This document shows positions 1 to 13,317 of a DNA stretch of 64,000 nt, piece by piece. The notes beneath the pieces are model-generated. The model worked only from the letters and a program-made list of their open reading frames with translations, ran no database searches and was not told the DNA's origin. The position numbers and the translations under genes are program-made. Origin of the DNA: Syncephalis fuscata S228 (lineage: Eukaryota > Fungi > Zoopagomycota); NCBI GenBank assembly GCA_025786725.1, contig JAHLTZ010000015.1, positions 372,001 through 436,000 of the forward strand, in the 5' to 3' direction. How positions within the stretch are numbered: position 1 is the first letter of the stretch; every line of letters begins with the position of its first letter.

Positions 1-3000
1 AACGCCAACTTATTAAGTGTATCACGTGTACAATCACGGGCATCTTGTGTTTTATACCGTAATGATTGACATAGAATAACCACTAATCCAGGTAATTGAA
101 TACGTAATGATGTTTCGGGTAATTGACGTAATATCTTGGCTAATGATAAGGCCATGGGTACACGCATCCTTACACTTTCTTCATCTTTAGGACGTATAAA
201 TGTCATTAATTCAGGCAATAGACGTGTAGTCAATAGCGTGTGAATACGCGTGGCCATTTCAACTGGTACAAATGAACCTGAAGAGGCATCCATAAATACA
301 TCTTCCGCGTCATTTTCTTCCTCCTCTTCATCCACCGTATCATTATCTACTTCTTTATCTTTAGATTCTGGTTCTGGTTCTGGTGCTGGCTCCACTTTAT
401 ACTTTTTCATCGTGGCTACATTAATATCGACTTCTGCTTTGCTTAAATCAAAGTGGAAATGTTCAAGTGTGGACATCAGTGCACGGACCATAATACGTTC
501 GATATCCGGTTTTGTCTTAACTGCTCGTAAGAATTTACGTATTTGTCCATAGTAGGCACTCCATGGAATGGATCCAGCTGCTTCACCCACTGTAATAATC
601 GTGGCATTAATCAGATTGTGATCAGCAATACGATCCGTGTCAAATAAAAAGTGATCTAATAATGGCAAAATAAGCTGAGTGAGGATCATGGCGGATAATC
701 GACCCTGTTGACACATTTGGCCCAATCGTTGAATAGCACGAATACGTCGATGTAATTGAATATGATAGACATTATGAAGAAAACTTGCTTCTTCGTCACC
801 ATCGGCTAATAAACAAGTCATACTAGCAAATAGTGGTAATGATGCTAATTGCTGTGTCATATGAGCAAGTACTAACACGGCTTCTTGTCGAACTACTTCA
901 GCCCGGGTCTTTAAGGCGCGTCTTACACCCGAATAGACAATACGAACGAGTAGTGTTTGCCATGCCGATGATACAGTCGCATCATCTAAATGCAATTTAA
1001 CCTGATCTATAAATCGACGTAATCCATAGGCAGCACTGCCTCGAATGGCCAATTCTTCTGTATCATGCATAGCAAATAAATAACAATAGAGCAGTGGTGT
1101 CCATTGCTGTGTCGACAGTTCAGCGTATAGATGATCATTTACTCGACTGAATGCTGCTAAACGACGCTCAAAATCCGGTTCACCCAATCGTCTACCAGTA
1201 AAAGCGTTTAATTCACCGACAAGTTCGGCCATTGTGGTAAGTGATGGATCGATTTGCGCAAACTTCATCATCACTTCCGCAAGTAGTAGACGGCAATCAC
1301 GCGTGGATAGTCGCGCCAATAATGTAGCAAATTCATTGTAATAACGATTAAATAGAGCGGGCTGTGTACGTAATGCGTCAATTAATGGTAAGAAGCCAAC
1401 AACAATACGAAGAATATCTGCTTTAACATATTCTGGTACATGTCGATTTGGTTTACGCAAGAATGGTACGAGTAACTCGACCAGCTGTTGTACTTGATGT
1501 TCACCATCAACTAGACTTGCCACTCGTGACAAAATACTAATCTCGCGTCTAATTAATGCGGTATCTGATGTTTTATCCGCCGTTTGTCGAACAAGCATAG
1601 TATTGAACTCTACTAATAGCTGTGGTATATAAGGCTTTAGAATACGCCGAGTAAGTGATGAAGCAATATAACTAGCCATTCCTTGTGGTTCATCTACATC
1701 TTTATCAATCAACATAGCATCCAATTCGGGCAAGTCAAGTAACTGTTCAATCAATGTTAATACTGCCGATATCACTGACAATTGAACCTTCTTAGCCGAT
1801 AAACAACTTAGACACTTTGCAATAACTTGATTGTTATAGTCGATCAAATAACTAGCATATTCCGATGTAGATGACCAGGCTACAAACATTTCCAATACCG
1901 CCGATGGTGACTGGGTACTTTCCACGTCAAGTTGTTCAACACGTTCTGATAAAAAGGCTGAAAACATAGCCGGCATGTATTGTTGATAACTTGGCAGTAT
2001 AACATTAAGACGGAAGAAATCAACAAATCGTCGTAGACTTTGTTGGCGTATCTGTTTCATTTGTTCTCGTTCGAATCTATCCTCTTCGTTATCTTCATTG
2101 GAGAGTGATATCATACGTATATGAGCATGTCTAGCTAGATACATTACTATGGAGAATAGCATGGGTAGATGCGGAGTAAGACGGGCACCCAGTTGCTTTA
2201 GCACATCCTCTAAAGCAATTAATAAGCCTATTTGACGACGTAAAGGTATGGCATAAAGTGCTTCAGCTGCTGTTTCATCAAATTCAAATCTATCATTTGA
2301 TGTAGTATCTAACATAACTACCGTTCTAATTTCCGTAAATGGTTCCAACATTAGATCAATAAACATTAGTAATTCCTCTGGTTGAAACGATCCTAATGCT
2401 GCTAGAATAGCCGTTCTACGTGCACCCATACTTGTCTTGGCCGATCCTCGTCCTTTCCTGCCCACCATACGTCCATAGAGAATACGTATAACATAGGGCA
2501 TCAATGGTGATCGATGTTCGCCATGAATAGCTCCTTCTTCGCCAGGTGCCAATGAAAAGGCCGCCAATTCATCACGGAACTTGTAATCATCAAGCAAGTT
2601 GCGTAAATGATCGGCGTAATCAAGTACATTCTTGGGTCGCCACATTAATAAGCAGTCAAGGGCCAGTCCTTGTATCTTCTGTTCCCCTTTACTTAATAGC
2701 TGCCAGTAAATGGCGGATAACTCAGTTGATTTATACAATGAACCAGGATTACGTATTTTGCCAAATAACTTTAAGAAATGAGTCATTCGATCGTGTGTTA
2801 CTCGGGCCGATCTCTCGAGTAATAGTCCTTTGTGATGATTTGTCTCTTCTGCGTCATCTTGTTCAAGTGATGGTCGATAATCTTCTCTATAAAGACGTAA
2901 AAACATGGGCACAAATCCTCGTGAATGTTTCTCGGCCAGTGTAGGCAATTCCGTAAGTGATAACAGTAATTGACGGTAATAATTCCAATAATCAACTCGT

Positions 3001-3424
3001 TCACCCGATAATTCACAATTGGTAACAAAAGCTCTGTAGTAAGCAGTATGTAAATCTTTTGTATATCGACTCTGTGTTAATTGATGAGCCACAGTTAATC
3101 GGGTTAGATTAGGACATGATAATGATAGACCGCCTTGACCAGCTGCCGTCTCTTTGACTGGATGTAATTGTCGTATTTCATTACTAGTCAAGTTATTGCA
3201 AATAGCCAATAGTTCAGGCTTTAAATTGTTTTCTGCTAGTTGTGTTTCATCTTCAAATCGAGATAACTGTTCAATAATAATACGCCACACTATTTCACCA
3301 TCATGAATGGCAACTCTTTTCAAAGCAGCTATTGATTCAGGCCACAACACACTAAGATTAACCGTAAACATGCCTATATATATTTATATATTTATATATG
3401 TATATATGTATATATCATTGTTAA

Positions 3425-3477
<53 letters not shown>

Positions 3478-6400
3478 TATTACCAACCACTTACCTATAC
3501 ATAATCTACTTAAGGCTTCCTCGTATATGGGTGGTAGTCGACCCATCTCGGCTATACTGGCCCATTTACGTAAATAAACAAATTTACCTCGATAATCCCG
3601 AACTGTATTGGGCACTTGTTCCATAAGGGCACAGTCATTAAGTAGTTGACATGGTTCGTTAGATTGACTACTCTGTTCTGTAGCCAGTAATGGAAATTGA
3701 TCATAAAGTGCTAATATTTCAACTGCATATTGACGGGATGCTTGTATAGTCGATGAAAGGGTGAGTTTTAATCGATCAAACTGTGCCACCAGCATATCAG
3801 ATGATAACAATTGAGGATATCTATAATATACATTACTATATTAATATACATATATATATATATTAATGTTATACTATCATTACCTTAACTTCATTAATCC
3901 TAGAAACTGCCCAGTGGCCTTTAATACAAGTGGATTATTTCTACATTGAGGTAGACATTGATGAATCGTATCATTTAATGTATATAGATCTTTAAAGGCT
4001 GTTTCTGTGTTATCACGTTGACATGCTTCAATAACTAGTACGAGTGATTGACCTAACAAGTTCTGTAATAGAGCAGTAGGATTACGTTGTACAAAGGTGC
4101 CGGTATACGTATCATCAATGGACAACTGTAATGTCTCAATAAGTTGTTGTATAAATACTTTTAATGATGACCATAATTGACGCCATGGAATAGCTATATG
4201 GCCCACTAGTTGAAGTAATAATGATAGTTGTGTAATAATAGAATGTGAAGATGTCATCTAATAATATGATTAATAAATATGTATATGGTTATAGTTATAG
4301 TTATGGTTATAGTATTACTTACTTCAATATGGACATCATTCATCATAGTCATTTCACTACTCCAATCGCGTGGTTCTACTAGAAATGATAATAGTGATTC
4401 AATCATCATTTGACGTTGACCTTGACTATCTTTGTTTGGTAATCGTAATTGACCTTGAGGTGTAACAACCGCAGATATGGTGCCTTTGGTTAAATTGAAG
4501 TAATTATACTGTAGAGCCATTGACCAGAATAATAAACAACGATCTTGATCTTGTTTCATATATTGGGCCGTATAACTATTATATATTAATATTAATATAT
4601 AACTATTAATATATAACTATTAATATAACTATTAATACTTACTTGATCATGGATGTTAATAGTAATTGATGACAATGTGGCCATTCTAATCGACCAAGTG
4701 TTTCACAGAATACTAGAATATTTGATGGATGCTATTATTTGATTAGTATTATACTATATATATTATATTATATTATATTATATTATATTATATTATATTA
4801 CTTACTGCATATTGAAATATACGGTCAATGATTGTCTTGCCATTGGATAGAATAACTGACCATGGTGTATACATCAATACAGGAACAAGTAATGAAAGGA
4901 ATGTTGAATGAGATAGAGATGTTTCATTTCCTTCTGTAGTAGATAGTAATTGTTCAGAGATACGTTTTAATTGAATCAATAAAGGTGTAAAATCTATTAA
5001 ATAGGTTAATATATATTATATAATATACTATACTGTAATTTATACTTACCAAGTACACGGCTTCCTTTTCTTACACCAACATATACTCTTAATAAATCCA
5101 TACATCTTAATAGACTTGTAATATTTAATGGTAAAGTTGTACTGGTCTTCTCCAAAGTACTTAGTAGTAATTGCCATAAAGGATCAATATGTTCTCTTGG
5201 TGTATTATGTTCAATCAATAATATGGTTCTACTTAGCATTTGTTGTAATGGCGATACTATTAAATAGATAAGTATTAAATAGATAAGTATTAAATAGATG
5301 AGTATTAAATAAATAAGTATTAAATAAATAAGTATTAGTTAAACTTACCAAGTTGTTGATTTATTAATTCTTGTTCTAATAAAGCATCTATTAATACACC
5401 GAGTATCATTGCAGTACGGGAATGTAACCGATTATCAACATTCTATTATATAATATTAGTATATTCGTTAACTACTATATTATAACATAGATATATCTAT
5501 ATGTAGATTACCTTAACACATTCATAAAACATAACTGCCACGCCATTAATTAATTCAGGATCGTTGTTTGATTGTAGACTTGATAGAATGACTTCAACTA
5601 CTGATCGATAAACATCACCGCGTGCTTTACGTAATAGAAATGAAAATGATTCAGCTGCAAAGTTACGAATATAGGCTCTATTATCATGAGCCTGTAATAA
5701 TGGTTCAATTAGACTAGCGTTTAATTAATTATTAGTAATGTATTCTATATTTATTGTATTACTTACTGATAAGTAGGAATAAGATCAGCCACTAATGATT
5801 TGGATAGATGTTTATACAAATAAGCAATAGCATTAAATGACCACTATATTATAGTTATATATAGTATATTAATTAGATAAATAAATTATATATTATATAT
5901 TATATATTATATATTATATTTATCACTTACTTCAACTACTTCTACATCACGATATTTTAATAGTTTAACGATACACGCCAATACTCGAGGGAAATATGGA
6001 TAAAACTCTTCTTGGAGATCTTTTGATAATACAGTCAAAAGACTATATAATACAGTAATTAGACATTAAACAATATATATACGATATATATATATATGAT
6101 ATATATGATATACAACCAATTACCTAAGAAATGGTTCCAATGCTAATCCATCATCAGCATCAATGAACTGCTCTAGTAAATCTACTATTTTCTCTTTATG
6201 ATATAGTAATTGAGCCAGACTAATAGTATATGGTTCAACTTGCTTCGTAAATTGTCGAAATGCAGTCGTTAAATTCAAATCCTTCCATTCTTCTAGCGAT
6301 TCACGAAAGAATGAATCGCTTTCCTATATAGTATATTATATTAGTATTAGTATTACTTATTATGTTATTAATACATACTTCTGGTGTATCTTGTACTTGA

Positions 6401-6572
6401 TGTACGCGATGTACAACATTAAGTTTAACACTATCGATTCTTGTTTTAAATGTTTGAAACTATAGCAAAGTAATTGGAAATGAGTAACATACTAGCTATA
6501 ATATATTGTAAGTACCTTGAATCGTCTAGAGCCTTCGCCCTTATTGAGCTCCTTCGCCACGTTTCCTCTCAT
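1..6572 (-). CDS. UTP20: U3 snoRNP/SSU processome HEAT-repeat protein Utp20; multi-exon, 3' end runs off the window
   Basis: ATG at 6572. Spliced N-terminus MRGNVAKELNKGEGSRRFK|FQTFKTRIDSV...FFRESLEEWKDLNLTTAF...LAQLLYHKEKI matches the Utp20 N-terminus. Many short GT-AG introns. Later exon has NITHIQLHRRIRAIQRL, and the frame stays open toward base 1. Confidence 0.88.
3426..3476. repeat. (CTA)n microsatellite in a UTP20 intron
   Basis: Direct run of cta units; it produces the spurious poly-Leu ORF 3307..3504. Confidence 0.9.
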
Positions 6573-6802
6573 GATCAGCTAACAAGATATATATATGTAT
6601 ATATATGTTTAAATGGGTGTATGTCTGATATAGAGAGGAGAGGAGTGAAGAGTGGAAACAACACAGTAAAAAAAAGAAGAAAAAACTTGTAAAAATAATA
6701 CATTTTATTGGTCGGTGATTTTTGTTACTTAGTGTATTGTTAATAATAATAAATATATTTAATATTTTAATATTTTATTTAACATTTATTGTAACTTATG
6801 TC

Positions 6803-8562
6803 ATGTGGCGTATAAATAGTCTCCATCACCGATTACTTGTCAGTTCTACGCGCTGCTCGTTTAGTACGAGTGTAGTGGCATTGAGGCGAGTTGATCGACT
6901 ACGTACACCCAACTTTTCTTCGTTGAATAAGCACCGAGCACCTAGTCATTTAACTGGCTATCAATTACGAAAGAAAGCCCGTGAAGAGCAAAAGTATAGT
7001 AAGACGCCGGTTAGTGAAAAGACACGCGGGTTTATTCCCGTACGATTTAAGCTACAACCAGTGGTGTCAGATGTTGTTAAGCCAAAAAATAATAGTAAAT
7101 CGATAACAAAAAACGTAAACAACTTAAAGAAAGCAGACACAAAAACACTAGCTACTATTGAACATGGTAAATCAGTAGAACAGGGGAAAGCATTTGAAGC
7201 ATTGACGACACTTCATCCAGAACTACACAATGGATTAACGATGTTATTACGTGATGCGGGTACACTTGCTGATGATGCTACACCTCGACCGACACCTATT
7301 CAATCACTTGCACTGCCCATACTATTGAAACAAACAGATAATGAACCACGCGATATGTTACTTGCAGCCGAGACGGGTACCGGCAAAACACTGGCCTATT
7401 TACTGCCATTGATTAATAGTTTAAAAATGGAAGAATTAGCGGCTAATAGCGATAAGCAGCGCTCTGTACGTCGTATAGGATGTCCACGTACTATCATACT
7501 CGCCCCTAGTCGACATTTAGTGGATCAAACATTGGCAGTGGCCAAGAAGCTATCTCATTACTGCAAGTTTCGTGCCATAGCGGTTACGCGTGGTGCGCCT
7601 TCCGTTCGACAGGCTTTTGACCAACCGATTGATGTTGTTATCGGTACACCAAAGGCTGTAGCCGATATGCTACGACAGCAAGTATTTACGCTAAAGAAGT
7701 GTCAATGGCTAGTATTTGATGAAGCAGATACGCTGTTCGATAAAGACTTTTATAAAGAGTGCCGCTATTTAGTTGAAACACTACGCAATGGTGATAATGC
7801 TGATGTTGACCAGGTCGATGCATTTGCCACTGATAAACCAGCAGTACCGGCGGTACCAGCAGAATTGGCTACACCATCAACTGGTACTATACTTTTAGTG
7901 GCGGCTACCGTACCTAAAGCGGTTATGGATCGATTGCCTGAATTAATGCCTAATCTTGTACGAGTAGCGACGCCAGAACTTCATCGGGCACGACGTCGTC
8001 TACATCAAAACTTTGTCGATATAAAACAGTTTGGCAGTAGTCGCAATGCCGCTTTAGTATCGACGTTAAATCAGTTTGGCGAAGTAACAATGATATTCTG
8101 CAATCGACGTGAAACATGTGACACAGTTCATGCTATGCTTAAAGAACGAGGTATTGCATCGGCTCTATTCCACGGTGGTGATATTAACGCGGCTCATATG
8201 ACCGAAATGATTGGTGGCCAACGAACACTTCGAGCAATACGTAAGGCAAAAGAGGCTAAACAAGCAGAACTAGCCACAAACAATACAAAGTCCGGACCGG
8301 CACCAGTAACAACTTCAACAACCGCATCACTGCCAGATGTAATTATTTGCACAGATTTAGCCGCCCGTGGACTGATACAACACGAGTACGCCATGTTATT
8401 CTATATGATTTCCCAACAACAGTGGTTGATTATTTGCATCGTATTGGACGTACAGGACGTGCTAATCAGAAGGGACATGTTACCGCACTTATAGGCAAGA
8501 AAGATCGTCAACTAGCTGATAGAGTGCGTCGATGTGTTCGCGATCATGCTATTCTTTCATAA
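6803..8562 (+). CDS. DEAD-box RNA helicase, mitochondrial MRH4/DDX28-like, with an apparent 1-nt frameshift near 8374
   Basis: Q motif PTPIQ, AETGTGKT, DEAD. Motif V DLAARGL[D] is broken, and motif VI YLHRIGRTGR lies in the next frame. Arg/Ser-rich presequence from ATG 6803. Confidence 0.85.
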
Positions 8563-8609
8563 TAGACGTATTGTCTTTTATTAGAACCATTATAATAAAT
8601 ACAATAGAA

Positions 8610-9952
8610 TCAGCTCGTAAATCCAAAAATACTAATGGCCCCCTCATTATGTTTTTCATCTTTGGGATAATCACCCGAATAAGCAAGTAAATACTTTGAT
8701 GGATGCCAGGAACACGTATTAATAGTGGCCACTACGGGTATTTTATAAACTGAATCACCCGTCATAACACACGACTATTGTTGTAAATACGTAAATATTA
8801 GATAACTAGCTTATAAATGACTTACAATATTAATGAATTTATCCTCTGATGCTGACGCAAGAAATTGACCATCAAATGTAAAACTAATGGTTCTTACAGG
8901 CCATCTAAAATGTATTACACAATCAATAGCCGTAATCTAACATAATTAGCCAATTAGCTTACTCCAATTCACAAAATGTATTAACACATAATGACTCTGT
9001 CAAATCCCATAGACTAACAATAGCATCAGCGCTACCTGTTGCCATATATCTAAAATAATATTAATACTCGATTACACAGACTTTATCTACTAATACTCAC
9101 CGTCCACTTGAATCAAAGTCAAGACAGTAGCAATTAGATGTATGAGCGGAAAGTGTCGTTACTTCATCAAGGCTGGGATAGGACAAGATCTTTACTTGAC
9201 CGAGATTGGTGGTAAGAAAGAATTGATCACCAGCACGATTCCATCCAATTTCATTAATCTTTATTAATCCAATTGGGTAAATAGTTAATAGACTGATGTA
9301 GTAAACAAATGAGAGACTTACTTCATAATCTTGTTTAGTTGTTTTATGTATAATTTCATATGTATTTGTATCAATAAATGTAACAACATCATTCTAATCG
9401 ATTATCGCTAAATAAATACTTGAAATTGTGCTATATTGTTATTTACCTTATTGCCAACGGCAATCTGTTTGCCATCAGGACTCCAGCAAATATTAATATT
9501 TTCACCATCAGTAGGAATAATACGTGAACAGCGCGTTGCTATATCCTTTTTAATATCGTATCATACTATTGCACTACTACTACTGCTACTACTTACTACG
9601 GGCATCCCAGATACGCACTGTTTTTATCGCCAGATGCTGTAGCTAAACGGTCTGGGTCGGTAGGACTCCAGCATAGTTGGTCAACCGTATCTGTATGACC
9701 TTTAAGTACAAATGAGTTATGTGGATCCGTCTAGATCGCTGGCCCGTAAGTCTAGTGCTTTTATCTATTACTAGCACTGCTTACTGAACGTTCAGGATAC
9801 CAAATACGCGCCGTTCGATCATGAGCACACGAAGCAAGTCGTCGACCGTCTTGACTCCATCGCACCGACTGTACCCGACTTGTATGGCCTCGCACACATT
9901 CCCGCGTATGTAATCGGTCAAAGATTCGCTGTTTCTGCTCAAGTGAACGCAT
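8610..9952 (-). CDS. THOC3: THO complex subunit 3 (Tex1/THOC3), WD40, multi-exon
   Basis: GHTSRVQSVRWSQDGRRLAS, GHTDTVDQLCWSP, LSAHTSNCYCLDFD, ATGSADAIVSLWD, WHPSKYLLAY, ending EGAISIFGFTS*. Confidence 0.85.
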
Positions 9953-10168
9953 CTTAACTGAATCCTCGTATAAAAGTGGAGTAATACGACGAAAAGTAAC
10001 GTGAATTAGAATCAAAGTGTTGTAAATACTAAATAAACAATCAAATACTGTGTGTGTAACACTATTTTAATACAAATTGTGATCATTTAATTAATTCAAA
10101 ATTTTTAAAGCACATTTTTATTTACAAGGTGCTATCAATGAAAAGAAAGACTACTATAGTCTATTCCG

Positions 10169-11045
10169 TTAATTCTCCGGTGGGGCTACCACGTTGGCAG
10201 ACATTTCATGGCTATTGGTTGGATGAATAGTAGCACTGGTATCAACATTGCTGCTTTGTCCAAGTCCCAACCGCTGCTTGGCCCAATCGACATAAGGAGC
10301 AGCCAAATCATGTAACATGGCCGTGTTTAAAATACTACTTGGAAATCCTTCACTTCTTCCAGATCCGTTTTCGCCTCCATCGGCTGTTGATGTAACAGGA
10401 TGATTGTTACCTAGAACACTGCCCAAAGCGACCCAGCCTTGAAAAGCAGCTGGACGTATCAGATTATTGACAAGCCAGCCAGCAATGGGGAATCGTGCCA
10501 CCGTATCGGCAATGGCCACATTATCGACTTGTCGATCAATGCGAACACAGCCACGTAGTGTGTTACGTAATTCCAATGTGCTTACTTTACAAAGTGGCAC
10601 TTTAACAAATGGAATCATTTTTGGTATGATTGTATGGCGTGTTGTCACTATAGCACGTAAATCACTATATAATAATTAAGTTATTAATTAATTAATTAAT
10701 TAATTAGTGCCACTAATAACACATAATAGTAAATTAATACTTACTCAATTAGAATATCTTGCACTTGACATTCATCGTGAAATAGGGAAGTCCATGTATC
10801 TTGGGCCTTTACAATATTATCGATACCGGTACACACCATCATTGGATGCTCATATATGGCATCTTCGGTATAAGCACGATAGATGGCATCTGACTGGACA
10901 TGCGGATCAGCACTACTCATGTCCAAAAAGACGTCTAATATAATACAATACGGATGTAAATAGGTAAATATAAAGCTATAAGGTAATTTGTCAGTAAACT
11001 ATCCTACTTACTCATCAATATATCTCTTAAATCGGTACGCTTCAT
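10169..11045 (-). CDS. Hypothetical protein, SnoaL/NTF2-like fold suspected; 3 exons
   Basis: Splices cleanly to MKRTDLRDILMN/VFLDMSS...YTEDAIYEHPMMVCTGIDNI...ID/DLRAIVTTRH...; the Y..DA.Y.HP....G...I pattern is SnoaL-like. Confidence 0.55.
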
Positions 11046-11391
11046 AATGATAAATGATAACCAATAAAAGTTGCTAAATTGAATAGAAAAGAAGAGAAAG
11101 TATAAACGACTACCCCACCTGGCCTACAAGTAACCAGGCTTTATAATACTTGTGGCCATCTTTAATGTGAATCATTTACATAAATCAAATGTGACTGACA
11201 CATATATGGTTCAGTTTATTAATAGGGACATCATCACTGACCCCAAACTGGATCCATAAAAATATACTTTGAAGAACAGCGGTGTTATTCAACGAACAAA
11301 ATAACTACCACCTTGCTCATTTAAGCCATAGCCGTTCCTTGTTTGTTTGTATATCCTTTGTAAAAGTACAACAAACGTTGATCGGACTATA

Positions 11392-12950
11392 ATGTACAAC
11401 GGTATTGGTCTGACCACCGCCCGTGGTTCTGGTACCAATGGCTATGTTGTACGCAATCTATCTGCGATCCAACATCGGCGCGAGCCGGTAAAGCAGTTCC
11501 ATGAACTGGAAGAAGAACATCAAGATCGATTCCGCGAAAGAAAGCCAAATGAAGAGATTCTACTCCACGAAAGAAAGCGCCAGGTCGAACTACAATGTAT
11601 GACATTACAGCTCGATTTAGAGGAAAAGAATAAGTAAGTTATTGAACCGTATACAATAGCACTAATAACACCATCTAGTTTAACTGAGGAACAAATAGAA
11701 GAGAAGGTTAATAAATTACGTCAACAGCTACTGTCCGAGTTGGAAGAAGTACAACTAAAGAATGCCAAACTATTAAAAGACCATCAAGTCCATCAATTGC
11801 AGAAAGCAAAAGAACAAGAGAATATACGAGTAAAGGAGCATTGGGCATATCATCGGAATATGTCGAAGGGCAAGCATTTGATCGTGAGTTACAAGAAAGA
11901 AGACGCATAGAACGACGTGAAGCACGTGAAGAACGTGAAAGAGAAAGAGAAAAGGAAGTACAACGACGTCGTAAAGAACGTGAAAGAGCAGCTCGTAAAA
12001 AAGATCGAGAACTAAGACGTAAAGATCATAAAAGTGATAGTAATAATAGTAATACAATTAATAGTAATAATAGTGGTGACCATAGTAAACGTAGTAAACA
12101 AAGTCGTCGTCGTAGACATCGATCACCATCATCATCTTCTTCTTCTTCGTCATCTTCTTCATTATCTGAATCAGATTCTGATACGAGTGGATCTGGTGTA
12201 GCTTCATCATCAGACAACTCTTCAGATGAAAGTGATTATAGTACAAAACGACAATCGCGTTCGGTATCTAAACGCCGTCAGAATAAACGCCGTCAAGTAT
12301 CAAGATCATCTCGTCGACAGGAGAGTCGTACACGACGTACTTCGATATCTCGTCAACGTGATCGTCAAAGTCGTTCAAAGGATCGATCTGAAGGTGAATT
12401 ATCCGCACCACGTTCTCGTTCTCGTTCTCGTTCTCGTTCTCATGTATCGACGGTGGTGAATAGACGTCGATCAACGACACGTTATCGATCACGTTCACCA
12501 GAACCAGTAAATCGATCACGTTACAGTCGTAGATCTCGTTCCAGATCACGTTCACCTGTAACAAGGGATCGTCGTACATCTCGTAATAATTATTCTCGTT
12601 CTCCTAATCGATTAGATCGAGATGCTTATCGTCGTCGTACTTCAGAACCACGTAATAATACAGAAGTGGCATTACCACAGTCATCTCTAGCACCGCCTGT
12701 AGCTGCACCATCAGCCAGACTTTTACGTTCACCACGACGTGATGCAGATGGTGATGTTAAGATGTCACCCGCTAGCCACGCCTCTCCTCCTTCATCGCCT
12801 GTACATCACGATCATCGTGAACGTGATAGAGAACGGCCTGAACATGAACGTAATCGTGACCGAGTACGCCGTCGACCCTCCCTTTCACCAGACTCGTCTA
12901 ATGACAGTGGAACAGAGCGTAGCAGACGTGGCCGTTCAACAAGATCATAA
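11392..12950 (+). CDS. CWC21: Splicing factor Cwc21/SRRM2-like with RS-rich tail; apparent 1-nt frameshift near 11837
   Basis: MYNGIGLTTARGSGTNGYVVRNLS and EILLHERKRQVEL (cwf21 domain); intron about 11634-11678; ALGISSEYVEGQAFD followed by RS repeats. Confidence 0.9.
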
Positions 12951-13109
12951 TAGGATATTAATTGTGTGTGGGTGGGTATGTTTTTGTGTGAAGGAAACAA
13001 GACAAATCGATGAATACATTAAATGGTTTAGTCTTTACTAAAGAAAAAATATGGTTTACTAAACGTGTTTTTCTTCTCTTTTTGTCCATGGTTAACCCAA
13101 GTATTATGT

Positions 13110-13146
13110 GGTAGTAGTAGTAGTAATAGTAGTAGTAGTAGTAGCA

Positions 13147-13182
<36 letters not shown>
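13110..13182. repeat. Compound (GTA)n/(AAT)n microsatellite
   Basis: Direct reading of the intergenic sequence. Confidence 0.85.
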
Positions 13183-13317
13183 GCAATACTAATAACTACA
13201 TCAATAACTACTGCAACTGTAAAATAGTCTTTTGACTAATACTAATTGTTTGTAGTAGTTTGTATGGATAAAAAGAAATAAAAAATAAAAAGCTATTAAG
13301 AATAGATCATTTAAATC

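Noticed and set aside
11387-13041. Tyr/Asp/Val-rich ORFs overlapping CWC21
   Set aside because: Off-frame readings of RS/Ser low-complexity coding sequence.
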